A stretch of DNA of 63,365 nt, filler included. It is 5 parts of 5 records of this genome, joined end to end, with 100 filler letters (N's around TTAATTAATTAA, not from the genome) between each part and the next. Parts side by side here need not be neighbours in the genome. Positions count along the whole stretch, not along the records: positions 37,296 to 63,365 come from SRR2962707_2439; 4 more parts are not named here. One strand, written 5' to 3'. Shown piece after piece: positions 51,026 to 60,400 of this stretch. The notes beneath the pieces are model-generated. The model was not told the DNA's origin, did not search any database, and saw nothing but the letters and a program-made list of their open reading frames with translations. The position numbers and the translations under genes were made by a program. Positions within the stretch are counted from its first letter, which is position 1, and each line of letters starts with the position of its first letter.

Positions 51026-52153
51026 ATGCACAGCTTTTGGCTGTTTTTCCCGGCGGCCTCACTCTGGGCCGCTACTGTGGTTCCATTGTCCATCTACGCA
51101 GCGCTATCCGGCTATGGGTGGCCCCCGGGGCTGATTGGTGCTGGCCATGGCCATGAGCTGATTTTTGGTTTCGCACTGGCATTGATCGCCGGTTACACAC
51201 TGGGGCCGCAACCCCGACGCGCCCTCGTTCTGCTCTTTGGGCTCTGGTTAGCGGCCCGGCTTGCCTGGCTGCTGGCACCCGAAACGCTCTTCGCACAGTT
51301 ACTCAGCCCGGCTTTTGCATTGCTGCTGGCATGGCACGTGGTGCCGCGGTTTCAGGCGGCCAAGAAATGGCGCAACAAAATTGCCGGCCCGCTGATTCTC
51401 GTACTATGCCTGATGGCTTTGATCTACTTTCTGACAGAAACCGGCCTGCCGTTGCCGGACACCCGCCGACTGCTACAAACCACCATCCTGGGCCTGCTAC
51501 TACTGATGACGTTTATGGGCGGAAGGATTATTGTACCGGCCGTGGCCGGGTCTCTGGAGAAACGGGGCGTCCCCCTGGAAGCTCGGGTGCAACCAAACAT
51601 AGAAGGAGCGCTGCTGGTCGTCCTGCCAATCGCCATGACGTTGATGCTGTTCAGTGCCACCGAACAACTGGCCGGACTTCTTCTCATCTCAGCCAGTGCG
51701 CTGGTGGTTATCCGGATCGCCCGATGGAAGCTCTGGCACTGCAGCAACCGGCCCGACCTGCTGGTGCTGGCCCTTGGCTATCTGTGGCTGGCCATCGGCT
51801 CGGCGTTCGCAGGCACGCACCTGCTGGCCGGACGGCCGGTTCTTCCCGCGCTGCACCTGATTGTTGTCGGAGCGCTGGGGACACTCTCGGGGAGCGTGAT
51901 GCTTCGACTGGCCTGGCAGCGGGCGCGCCGGACATTTCCGCCAGCATGGCAGGTTATCGCCATCGCGATACTGGTGGCAGCCGCCACCATAAGCCGCTAC
52001 CTGGCGGGGGCCACGCCCTACTCCCAACCTGAACTTCTATGGTTCTCCTCCAGCTGCTGGGCTCTGACCTTTGCAGGCGTCGCCGGTCAGGTAATGGCCC
52101 TATATCCGCTTACGCAAAAACCCGGCACGGTCCGCCATAGCCACCGGAAATGA
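51026..52153 (+). CDS. NnrS-family membrane protein (divergent paralog)
   Basis: HGHELIFGF, LWLAAR, GGRII, LHL; multi-TM; start uncertain. Confidence 0.75.
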   Translation: MHSFWLFFPAASLWAATVVPLSIYAALSGYGWPPGLIGAGHGHELIFGFALALIAGYTLGPQPRRALVLLFGLWLAARLAWLLAPETLFAQLLSPAFALLLAWHVVPRFQAAKKWRNKIAGPLILVLCLMALIYFLTETGLPLPDTRRLLQTTILGLLLLMTFMGGRIIVPAVAGSLEKRGVPLEARVQPNIEGALLVVLPIAMTLMLFSATEQLAGLLLISASALVVIRIARWKLWHCSNRPDLLVLALGYLWLAIGSAFAGTHLLAGRPVLPALHLIVVGALGTLSGSVMLRLAWQRARRTFPPAWQVIAIAILVAAATISRYLAGATPYSQPELLWFSSSCWALTFAGVAGQVMALYPLTQKPGTVRHSHRK

Positions 52154-52301
52154 TTGGCTACCTCTACTGCGCCAACTCGAAAAGCAACTACTACCTACGG
52201 CATACCACCAACATAACTTTATGTTTTAAAAGGATTTTAAAAGCGACCAAGCCTTTCAGAAAAAGAGCCGAATTGCGAGATCATCTTACCGACAGCCTTC
52301 C

Positions 52302-52315
52302 TTGATATTTATCAG
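52302..52315. promoter_or_regulatory. FNR/DNR box upstream of narK
   Basis: TTGAT-ATTT-ATCAG; NarL-like TACCTCT further upstream. Confidence 0.7.
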
Positions 52316-52409
52316 GATTGAAATACCCGCCTCGTTTGCAAAATGACTCCAACGCCGTGACAGCCACTGATTCCGGTGGCTCCGGGTCAAAGAAACGAGG
52401 AGCTTAACC

Positions 52410-54002
52410 ATGGCAAAAAACAACGCCGACATTGAACACTGGGATGTCGAAAGTGAGGAGTTCTGGGAGCGGGAGGGCAAGAAAGTCGCCTCCCGCAACC
52501 TGTGGATTTCCATCCCCAGCCTGCTGATGGGATTCGCCATCTGGCTGATGTGGGGAATGATCACCACCCAGATGAAAAACCTGGGGTTTTCTTTCACCGT
52601 TGAACAGCTGTTCACACTTACGGCCATTGCCGGCCTGTCCGGTGCAACCCTGCGAATTCCGGCCTCGTTCATGATCAAAATTGCCGGCGGTCGCAATACC
52701 GTTTTTCTGACCACCGCATTGCTGATGATCCCGGCGTTCGGCACCGGTGTCGCCCTGATGAATCCAGACACACCGTTCATCGTGTTCCAGGCGCTGGCGC
52801 TGCTGTCCGGTATTGGCGGCGGTAACTTTGCCTGCTCCATGAGCAACATCAGCGCGTTTTATCCGAAGAGCAAACAGGGGTACGGTCTCGGCATGAACGC
52901 CGGCCTGGGTAACTTCGGCGTGACCACCATGCAGATTCTGATTCCACTGGTAATGACCGTTGGCGTGTTCGGCGCTGTTGCCGGTGATCCCATGCAACTG
53001 CAAAGCCCCAGTGGCACCCTGATCGGCCGTATTGAGGCCGGCACCGACACCTGGATCCAGAACGCCGGCTTCATCTGGCTGGTCTTTCTGATTCCGCTGG
53101 CCTTCGCGGGCTGGTTCGGCATGAACAACCTCAAGGTGGTGACTCCCAATCCTGGCAGCCCGATATCGGCATTCGGCAAGATTCTTGGTCTCTATGGCGT
53201 TGGTCTGCTGACCTCTATCGCCGGCGTCTGGGCTCTGTCAGTCATGAATATGTGGCTGGCCCTGCCCATCACCATCGTGCTGACCGTGGCGCTGCTCAGA
53301 CTGATCCCAGGTGACATCAAGCCCAACATCAAGAACCAGTTTGCCATCTTCAGCAACAAGCACACCTGGTCCATGACCGTGCTTTACATTCTGACTTTCG
53401 GTTCTTTCATCGGCTTTTCTGCCGCCCTGCCGCTGTCCATCAGCGTCATCTTCGGCAACATGATGGAAGTGGGAGCGGATGGCGCCATGACCCGTGTGGT
53501 CAACCCGGATGCACCCAGCGCTCTGACCTGGGCCTGGATGGGGCCATTCGTCGGCGCCCTGATTCGTCCGGTCGGAGGCTGGATTTCCGACAAGATGGGC
53601 GGTTCCATCGTTACCCAGATCATCTCGGTGGTGATGGTTGTCGCTTCGGTCGCCACCGGCTACGTGATGATGCTGGCCTACAACTCAACTGATCCGAACA
53701 GCTATTTTGCCCTGTTCCTGATCCTGTTCATTGTGATGTTCGCCGCCAGCGGTATTGGCAATGGCTCCACCTTCCGCAGCATTGGTTTTATCTTCAACCA
53801 GCAGCAGAAGGGCCCGGTACTGGGCTGGACCTCAGCAATCGCCGCCTACGGCGCCTTCATCGCCCCTCGGGTGATGGGCCAGGAGATCCAGGCCGGCACG
53901 CCAGAAGTGGCCATGTACGGGTTCGCAGTGTTCTATGCAGTGTGTCTGGTGGTTAACTGGTGGTTCTACCTGCGCAAGAACGCCTACATCAAGAATCCGT
54001 AA
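52410..54002 (+). CDS. narK: NarK2-type nitrate/nitrite MFS transporter
   Basis: RNLWISIPSL, GATLRIP, GGGNFA, GLGNFG, GSFIGFS, GNGSTF. Confidence 0.9.
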   Translation: MAKNNADIEHWDVESEEFWEREGKKVASRNLWISIPSLLMGFAIWLMWGMITTQMKNLGFSFTVEQLFTLTAIAGLSGATLRIPASFMIKIAGGRNTVFLTTALLMIPAFGTGVALMNPDTPFIVFQALALLSGIGGGNFACSMSNISAFYPKSKQGYGLGMNAGLGNFGVTTMQILIPLVMTVGVFGAVAGDPMQLQSPSGTLIGRIEAGTDTWIQNAGFIWLVFLIPLAFAGWFGMNNLKVVTPNPGSPISAFGKILGLYGVGLLTSIAGVWALSVMNMWLALPITIVLTVALLRLIPGDIKPNIKNQFAIFSNKHTWSMTVLYILTFGSFIGFSAALPLSISVIFGNMMEVGADGAMTRVVNPDAPSALTWAWMGPFVGALIRPVGGWISDKMGGSIVTQIISVVMVVASVATGYVMMLAYNSTDPNSYFALFLILFIVMFAASGIGNGSTFRSIGFIFNQQQKGPVLGWTSAIAAYGAFIAPRVMGQEIQAGTPEVAMYGFAVFYAVCLVVNWWFYLRKNAYIKNP

Positions 54003-54033
54003 CAGCAAGAATCCAAGCGTTAGACCTCTGCTC

Positions 54034-54060
54034 GCCGGCCCCACAAGGGCCGGCTTTTTT
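54034..54060 (+). terminator. Intrinsic terminator
   Basis: GCCGGCCC-CACAA-GGGCCGGC-TTTTTT. Confidence 0.85.
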
Positions 54061-54084
54061 ATGGCGGCAGGGAACGACCAATGA

Positions 54085-54711
54085 TCAGCGTTTCTCCTCG
54101 GCTTCGGGCTCACAACCCAGAGCAGTGAGCACCTGCTGCATGGGCTCCCCCTCCCCGGCACTTGCCTCCAGCGCCAGATCTCTGGCGCTCTTTCCCAATT
54201 TATTAATTAGCTCCGGGTCTGCCCCGGCAGAGAGCAGCAATCGAACCAGTTCCGGATTGCGGTTGCGCACCGCCATCATCAGCGCGGTCTGTCCGTTCTC
54301 GTATTCCTGGATGTCGGGATCGGCACCTCTGGCCAGTAGCAGGGGTACAGCCTCCGGGCGGTTGGCGATCACCGCTCCCATCAGAGCGGTATAGCCGGTT
54401 TTCTCGGTATGGTTAATCTCAGCGCCATGATCCAGCAGGAAGGCAAGAATATCGGTATGACCACGGGAGGCAGCCCTCATCATGGCCGTCCAGTTGCAGT
54501 CATCCCCTGCGTCAACCCGGGCCCCACGCTCGACCAGCTCGGCAACCCGATCAGTCTCGCCGTCTTCCGCTGCAACAATCAGGGGTGTTCTGCCCCGGCT
54601 GTCACGGGCTTCCAGATCCTCGCCTTCGCCCAGGAGCTGCCAGAATCCGAGTAACAGGGCCAGCGCCAACATCGCCCCCATCAGCCCGGACCAGCGTTCC
54701 CAGAACCCCAT
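54085..54711 (-). CDS. Membrane-anchored ankyrin repeat protein
   Basis: N-terminal TM; four repeats GRTPLIVAA, WTAMMRAA, GYTALMGAV, GQTALMMAV. Confidence 0.88.
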   Translation of the reverse strand: MGFWERWSGLMGAMLALALLLGFWQLLGEGEDLEARDSRGRTPLIVAAEDGETDRVAELVERGARVDAGDDCNWTAMMRAASRGHTDILAFLLDHGAEINHTEKTGYTALMGAVIANRPEAVPLLLARGADPDIQEYENGQTALMMAVRNRNPELVRLLLSAGADPELINKLGKSARDLALEASAGEGEPMQQVLTALGCEPEAEEKR

Positions 54712-54750
54712 GACCCCTCTCCTGTTGCGACCACTTTCCTCCGAGCATAC

Positions 54751-54783
54751 AAAAAACCCGCCGGGATTGCTCCGCGGCGGGTT
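54751..54783 (-). terminator. Intrinsic terminator after the minus-strand nitrate transporter
   Basis: AACCCGCCG...CGGCGGGTT followed by a T run on the minus strand. Confidence 0.75.
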
Positions 54784-54813
54784 GTCACAGCTCCCGTTGT
54801 AAAGGGAACGTTT

Positions 54814-56319
54814 TTACCGTGCTGTCTGGCCCACCAACCGTTGGCGCTCCTCTTCTTCGATCTGCAGATCGACAGAAGACACGTGGTATTCCTCAGAGAA
54901 GCCGCTCTCGGGTTCCTTCAGCCACATAATGCACAGTATCCAGCTGACAAAGGCTCCAGCGGCGATGATGAAGAAGAACTGGGTCGGGGTAACGAAGGTG
55001 AAGATGGTCAGGTAGACCACCGCACCGACGTTGCCATAGGCACCTGCCATACCGGATATCTGACCGGTTAACCGGCGCTTGATAGAGGGGATGATGCCAA
55101 AGGTGGCGCCTTCTGCACCCTGTACGAAGAAGGACGTGAACACAGTGATCGCCACTGCCACAATCAGCGGCCAGTTGGAATCCAGCAGGCCCATCAGTCC
55201 GAAGCCTACGGCAATACCGAACATGTAGCTGAGCATCACGAAGCGGCGGTTCCCCATGCGGTCAGATACCAGGCCGCCCATCGGACGCGCCATCAGGTTC
55301 ACGAAGGCGAAAGAGGCCGCAATCAGCCCTGCTGCCGTTGCGCTCAGGCTCCAGGTCTCTTCGAAAAACATCGGCAGCATGGAGACCACGGCGAGTTCCG
55401 CGCCAAAGTTAGCGAAGTAGGTGCTGTTCAGGGCAGCCACACTGTTGAACGGGTATTTGTCGTCCTCAGGCACGCCTTTCTTCAGGATGGGGACGTTTAC
55501 CCGCAGTATCTGAACAATCTGATAGCAGACAATGGCGAAGATCACCGCGTAACAGATAGCAGCCCCGGTGGCAGACAGGTACCCCATGTTCTGGATACGC
55601 CACACCAGAATAGCCAATACCCCGACCAAAGGAATGGTCCACAGGATCAGCTTGACCATATCACCCCAGGTGCTGACTTCCAGTGCCACGGCCTTGCGGG
55701 GTTTACGATGCACGGTACCAGCAGGGCCGTCGGTAATCGCGAACCAGTAGTAGACGCCGTATGCCGCCATCACGATGGCGCTCTGGGCGATGGCCCAGCG
55801 CCAGCCGTCTTCACCGCCGTACATGGTAATGGCAATGGTCGGCAGTGACATGGCCGCCGCCGCAGAACCAAAGTTGCCCCAGCCTGCATAAAAGCCCTCT
55901 GCAAAGCCTATGTCCTTCGGTTTGAACCACATGGCCGTCATATGGATACCAACCACAAAGCTGGCACCGATGGAGCTCAGCACCAGGCGACTGACCAGCA
56001 ACTGAGACATGGTGTTACCGAAAGCAAACACCAGTGCCGGTATGGCCATCACCACCATCAGCACCGAAAATACCCGCCGCGGTCCGAAGCGGTCCAGCGC
56101 CATACCCACGATGATGCGGGCAGGAATCGTCAGCGCCACGTTACAGATGGCAAACAGGCGCAGGTCGTCCTTGGTCAACCAGTCCACGCTTTTGAGCATG
56201 CTGGACGCCAGTGGCGCCATGTTGAACCAGACATAGAATGTAATAAAGAAGGCAATCCAGGTCAGGTGTAGTGCCCTGATTTCAGGATTGCGGACGCGGA
56301 ATACGTCAGCGACTTTCAT
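54814..56319 (-). CDS. NarK/NRT2 (NrtP-like) nitrate/nitrite MFS transporter
   Basis: LHLTWIAFF, TIPARI, AGWGNFG, FGAELAV, MARPMGG, GAYGNVG. Confidence 0.88.
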   Translation of the reverse strand: MKVADVFRVRNPEIRALHLTWIAFFITFYVWFNMAPLASSMLKSVDWLTKDDLRLFAICNVALTIPARIIVGMALDRFGPRRVFSVLMVVMAIPALVFAFGNTMSQLLVSRLVLSSIGASFVVGIHMTAMWFKPKDIGFAEGFYAGWGNFGSAAAAMSLPTIAITMYGGEDGWRWAIAQSAIVMAAYGVYYWFAITDGPAGTVHRKPRKAVALEVSTWGDMVKLILWTIPLVGVLAILVWRIQNMGYLSATGAAICYAVIFAIVCYQIVQILRVNVPILKKGVPEDDKYPFNSVAALNSTYFANFGAELAVVSMLPMFFEETWSLSATAAGLIAASFAFVNLMARPMGGLVSDRMGNRRFVMLSYMFGIAVGFGLMGLLDSNWPLIVAVAITVFTSFFVQGAEGATFGIIPSIKRRLTGQISGMAGAYGNVGAVVYLTIFTFVTPTQFFFIIAAGAFVSWILCIMWLKEPESGFSEEYHVSSVDLQIEEEERQRLVGQTAR

Positions 56320-56365
56320 TTCAGCCTCCCGGGGCTAAGACAATGGAAACAGGTAATCCCGGCCA

Positions 56366-56827
56366 TCAACGGCTGGGCAGAATCAGAAGTGGGCACTGGA
56401 TCCGGCGAGCCAGGAAGGAGCTGACGCTGCCAAACGTCATGTAATCCAGTTCGTCCACGAAATAGGTCAATGATCGGGCAATGAAGCCGCCGTCAGGCTC
56501 ATGACTGTGACGAGCAATGACCAGCATGTCTGGCCGTACCTTCTTCTCTGCGGCAAACAGCAGGCTCTTTCGGGCGTCACCCTCCAGCATCAGGGTCTCA
56601 GCGCTTACCTGCTCGCTTTCACACAGTTCCAGCGCTTCCTGCAGGTGCTGTTTCAGCTCACCAACTTCTTCCTGAAACAGGTCTTCATTGCCGGAGGTGA
56701 TGTCGCGTGGGTTTTCTGCCACCGCAACCAGCGTGATTTTTGGCTCCAGCCGCCGAAACATGGTGATGGTCTGGGCCAGCGCCAGTTTCGCGTTTCGGGA
56801 ACCGTCGTAGGCAATCATGATGTTCAT
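56366..56827 (-). CDS. Universal stress protein
   Basis: IMIAYDGS, EGDA, FGSVS, CPLLIL. Confidence 0.88.
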   Translation of the reverse strand: MNIMIAYDGSRNAKLALAQTITMFRRLEPKITLVAVAENPRDITSGNEDLFQEEVGELKQHLQEALELCESEQVSAETLMLEGDARKSLLFAAEKKVRPDMLVIARHSHEPDGGFIARSLTYFVDELDYMTFGSVSSFLARRIQCPLLILPSR

Positions 56828-56871
56828 GGGGTTCTCCCGGTATCACACCCCCCAAAACGGAGGCATTCGAG

Positions 56872-56885
56872 TTGATATCAGTCAG
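56872..56885. promoter_or_regulatory. FNR/DNR-like box upstream of usp
   Basis: TTGAT-ATCA-GTCAG. Confidence 0.55.
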
Positions 56886-56914
56886 CATTACCCCATAGCA
56901 CCCAACTGCCATAA

Positions 56915-56928
56915 TTGATCTTGATCAA
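56915..56928. promoter_or_regulatory. FNR/DNR box in the usp-narK divergent promoter
   Basis: Perfect TTGAT-CTTG-ATCAA, flanked by several TACCCC NarL-like heptamers. Confidence 0.85.
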
Positions 56929-57099
56929 GCCTGAACTCGCGTACCCCACCAGAGAAAGCCCCGGAATATCACCTTTCCCGGGATAGTGACCATTGACCTA
57001 CCCCCTTTGCACCCAGCAGGAGGTACCTCTAATGCGTCGGCCCAGAAATCCGGCTTTTTGGTATGGTTTCAGAGGAGAGTTATCTGGCCAGGAGAGACC

Positions 57100-58458
57100 A
57101 TGACGAGCACGCCCGCAAAAGCTCAGCAATATCGGGCATTGGGCCTTTCTACCTTTGCCTTCACCCTTTGTTTCGCCGTCTGGACCATCTTTTCCATCAT
57201 CGGCATTCGCATCAGTGAAGAGCTTGCGCTGTCCGACACCCAGTTGGGATTGCTGATGGCCACGCCGATTCTTACCGGCTCCATCAGTCGTTTATTCCTG
57301 GGCATCTGGACCGACCGTTACGGCGGGCGCTGGGTGTTCGGTATTCTGATGCTGACCACGGCGGCCTGCGTGTATCTGCTGACCTTTGCCACCACCTACG
57401 CCATGATGCTGGTCGGGGCCCTCGGGGTGGGCCTGGCCGGCGGCGCTTTCATAGTCGGGGTGGCCTATACTGCGGCCTGGTTTGAACCGGCTAAACAGGG
57501 TACAGCACTGGGCATTTTCGGCGCCGGCAACGTCGGTTCTGCCGTGACCAACTTCGGTGCCCCGTTTCTGCTGGTAGCCTTCGGCTGGGAGAAAACCGCG
57601 CAGATATACGCAACGGTGCTGGCCATCATGGGTATCGCCTTCCTGCTACTGGCAAAAACCGACCCGCTGGCCGAACAACGCCGAAACGCAGAACAGAAAT
57701 CGTTTGCCGAACAGATGGCGCCGCTCCGGGAGCTTCGGGTGTGGCGCTTTGCCCTGTACTATTTTTTTGTGTTCGGCGCCTTTGTTGCCCTGGCCCTCTG
57801 GCTTCCCCATTACCTGATCGGCGTTTATGGCCTGGACATCAAGGCCGCCGGCATGATCGCCGCGCTCTATACCATCCCCGCTTCCCTGTTCCGCATCCTC
57901 GGGGGCTGGCTGTCGGACCGCTACGGCGCCAGACGCGTGATGTACTGGACGTTTATTGCCTCGGCAGGCTGTACCTTCCTACTCAGTTATCCACCAACCC
58001 GCTATGTGGTGCATGGCATCGAGGGAGATATCAATTTCACGCTGGCCATGAGCCTGCCCATGTTCGTGGTGCTCACCTTTATCCTCGGTTTTTTCATGTC
58101 ACTGGGTAAAGCGGCGGTCTACAAACACATTCCGGTGTATTACCCGATGCATGTCGGTGCCGTGGGTGGTGTGGTGGGCATGATCGGCGGTATCGGCGGT
58201 TTCATCCTGCCACTCACCTTTGGTGTGCTGAACGACATAACCGGCATCTGGCAAAGCTGCTTCATGCTGATGTTCGCCATTGTGGCGGCAGCCCTGGCCT
58301 GGATGCACTACGCCATCCGCAAGGCGGAACGGGTGGAATGGGCGGCCCAGACCGAGCAGACCGATCTGCCGGAACTGGCCTCCCCGCAGTTGTTCTATCC
58401 CATGAACCGTCATCCGCCAGCAGATGCCGCCATGCGGAACTCCAACCAACACGGGTAA
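57100..58458 (+). CDS. narK: NarK1-type nitrate/nitrite MFS transporter
   Basis: FAVWTIF, TGSISR, FGAGNVG, FGAFVAL, GKAAVYKHIP; RBS AGGAG before ATG 57100. Confidence 0.9.
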   Translation: MTSTPAKAQQYRALGLSTFAFTLCFAVWTIFSIIGIRISEELALSDTQLGLLMATPILTGSISRLFLGIWTDRYGGRWVFGILMLTTAACVYLLTFATTYAMMLVGALGVGLAGGAFIVGVAYTAAWFEPAKQGTALGIFGAGNVGSAVTNFGAPFLLVAFGWEKTAQIYATVLAIMGIAFLLLAKTDPLAEQRRNAEQKSFAEQMAPLRELRVWRFALYYFFVFGAFVALALWLPHYLIGVYGLDIKAAGMIAALYTIPASLFRILGGWLSDRYGARRVMYWTFIASAGCTFLLSYPPTRYVVHGIEGDINFTLAMSLPMFVVLTFILGFFMSLGKAAVYKHIPVYYPMHVGAVGGVVGMIGGIGGFILPLTFGVLNDITGIWQSCFMLMFAIVAAALAWMHYAIRKAERVEWAAQTEQTDLPELASPQLFYPMNRHPPADAAMRNSNQHG

Positions 58459-58486
58459 ATACCCCGGCCACCGTTTCGTGCTTTAT

Positions 58487-58508
58487 GCCCCGCCTTCGGG
58501 GCTTTTTT
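58487..58508 (+). terminator. Intrinsic terminator
   Basis: GCCCCG-CCTT-CGGGGC-TTTTTT. Confidence 0.8.
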
Positions 58509-58546
58509 GTATACTGGCCCGACAATGATCGAGTGGAGTCCCGCTG

Positions 58547-59005
58547 GTGGCAAAATGGCTGGTTAAAACCGAACCCTCTGAATGCGGCATTGATGATTTT
58601 GCCCGTCAGCCTGAGGGTGTTATTCCCTGGGATGGTGTGCGCAATTACCAGGCCCGCAACTTCCTGGCGAAGATGCGGGAGGGAGATCTGGTCTTTATCT
58701 ATCACTCCAGCTGCAAGCGCATAGGCATTGCCGGTATTGTTCGCGTAGTGAAATCCGCCTACCCGGACCCGAGCCAGTTCAACCCGGAGTCTCCCTACTA
58801 CGACCCGAAATGCACCGCAGAAAATCCTCGCTGGCAAGCGGTCGACCTGCAGTTTGAACGGAAACTGCCGGCATTGATCTCCCTGGACACACTCAAAGCC
58901 ATGCCCGAGCTCAGTGAACTGGCTCTGGTACGCAGAGGCAGCCGACTCTCGGTCATGCCGGTCAGCGATGCCGAGTGGCAGCAAATCCTCCACCTGGTCG
59001 ATTAA
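58547..59005 (+). CDS. EVE domain protein
   Basis: WLVKTEP, WDGVRNYQARN, YHS, RLSVMPV. Confidence 0.92.
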   Translation: MAKWLVKTEPSECGIDDFARQPEGVIPWDGVRNYQARNFLAKMREGDLVFIYHSSCKRIGIAGIVRVVKSAYPDPSQFNPESPYYDPKCTAENPRWQAVDLQFERKLPALISLDTLKAMPELSELALVRRGSRLSVMPVSDAEWQQILHLVD

Positions 59006-59082
59006 ACTCAGATCACAGGCCTACCACCGCCGGCTCCGGAGCTTTAGAATTGCCGCGTTTCAATTCTCCCGGAGCCGACGAG

Positions 59083-59904
59083 ATGTCCATGGACATGAAT
59101 CCCGCCAGCAGCTTTGCCCAGCTCAAGCGCATTGAATCGAGCAAGGTGTTTCAGACTGTTGTTATCGCCATCATTATTCTGTCTGCCCTGACCATCGGCG
59201 CCAAAACCTATGATCTGCCACCTCTGGTGGAACAGAGCCTGTCGGTGATGGACAACGCCATTACCCTGTTCTTTCTGGTGGAAATCCTGTTCCGGTTCGC
59301 CGCCTGCCCCCTCAAACGGCGCTTTCTCATGGATGGCTGGAACCTGTTCGACACCATCGTGGTGATCGGCAGCCTGATCCCTCTGGACAATTCCGAGGCG
59401 GTGTTGCTGGGCCGGCTACTGCGGGTATTCCGGGTGCTTCGACTGGTATCAGTGGTGCCCGAGCTGCGCTTTCTGATCAACTCGTTACTCAAAGCCATTC
59501 CTCGCATGGGCTACATTGCCCTGCTGATGTTCATCATCTTCTACATCTACGCTGCCATGGGCTCCATGTTCTTCGCCAGCGTTGACGAAACACTCTGGGG
59601 CGATGTCGCCATCGCCATGCTCACGCTGTTCCGGGTTGCCACCTTTGAGGACTGGACCGACGTGATGTATGCCACCATGGAAGACTATCCCATGAGCTGG
59701 TTGTACTACCTGACCTTTATCTTCCTGACGGCCTTTGTGTTCCTGAACATGATGATCGGGGCAATATTGGAGGTAATGAGCGAGGAGCAGAACGCCAAAC
59801 AGGCCCAGAAGGCCCACGATGAGCGGGATGAGATTGCCCGTCAGCTCCGGGCTGTACAGGAACAGCTGCAGGAACTGACGAAGCAGGTCAGCGAGAAACG
59901 CTGA
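59083..59904 (+). CDS. Bacterial voltage-gated cation channel (BacNav family)
   Basis: 6 TM; DGWNLFD, S4 RLLRVFRVLRL, filter TFEDWTD, S6 FLNMMIG, C-terminal coiled coil. Confidence 0.9.
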   Translation: MSMDMNPASSFAQLKRIESSKVFQTVVIAIIILSALTIGAKTYDLPPLVEQSLSVMDNAITLFFLVEILFRFAACPLKRRFLMDGWNLFDTIVVIGSLIPLDNSEAVLLGRLLRVFRVLRLVSVVPELRFLINSLLKAIPRMGYIALLMFIIFYIYAAMGSMFFASVDETLWGDVAIAMLTLFRVATFEDWTDVMYATMEDYPMSWLYYLTFIFLTAFVFLNMMIGAILEVMSEEQNAKQAQKAHDERDEIARQLRAVQEQLQELTKQVSEKR

Positions 59905-59905
59905 T

Positions 59906-60277
59906 TCAGAATGGCTTGGCCATGGCCAGATGGAAAATAGCCGTCACCTGCACCAGGGCAAGTACCGCCGCCACAATGCGTACGGGCTTGCCCACAGTGG
60001 TTTTCAGCGCAAACACCCCGGCAATGATGTAACCGAACAACAACACGATCTTGGTGATCAGCCAACCGGGCATGGCTGAGGCATAACCGGCCACAAACAC
60101 CAGCGCAATGGCCGCGACCAGAAGGATGGTGTCATTGATGTGGGGAATGAACCGAAGTGGCGTCTGGCGCCAGCCTGGTCGCCCGACCGCATCAAGCAGT
60201 AGCCGCAGGGCAAACAGCGTGATGGTCAGGTAGGCGGTGGTCATGTGCAGGTGCTTCAGGATCATGTACGACGTCAT
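59906..60277 (-). CDS. SirB2 family membrane protein
   Basis: LKHLH, PHINDTILL, WLITK. Confidence 0.85.
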   Translation of the reverse strand: MTSYMILKHLHMTTAYLTITLFALRLLLDAVGRPGWRQTPLRFIPHINDTILLVAAIALVFVAGYASAMPGWLITKIVLLFGYIIAGVFALKTTVGKPVRIVAAVLALVQVTAIFHLAMAKPF

Positions 60278-60363
60278 GGAAGTTCCTTTGTTAACAAACG
60301 GGTTGCGGCCATTGTACGCAAACTACCCCCAAGCAGGTATGGTTAATACAGGCGCGAAGGTTT

Positions 60364-60386
60364 AACATATACTCAGAATACATGTA
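60364..60386. promoter_or_regulatory. Candidate NsrR (Rrf2) operator of nnrS
   Basis: AACATATACTC-A-GAATACATGTA, an imperfect 11-1-11 match to the NsrR consensus, directly before the RBS. Confidence 0.5.
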
Positions 60387-60400
60387 TATGGGAGACATCT

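Noticed and set aside
58547-59005. EVE protein as a modification-dependent restriction system
   Set aside because: Stand-alone domain with no nuclease fused or adjacent.
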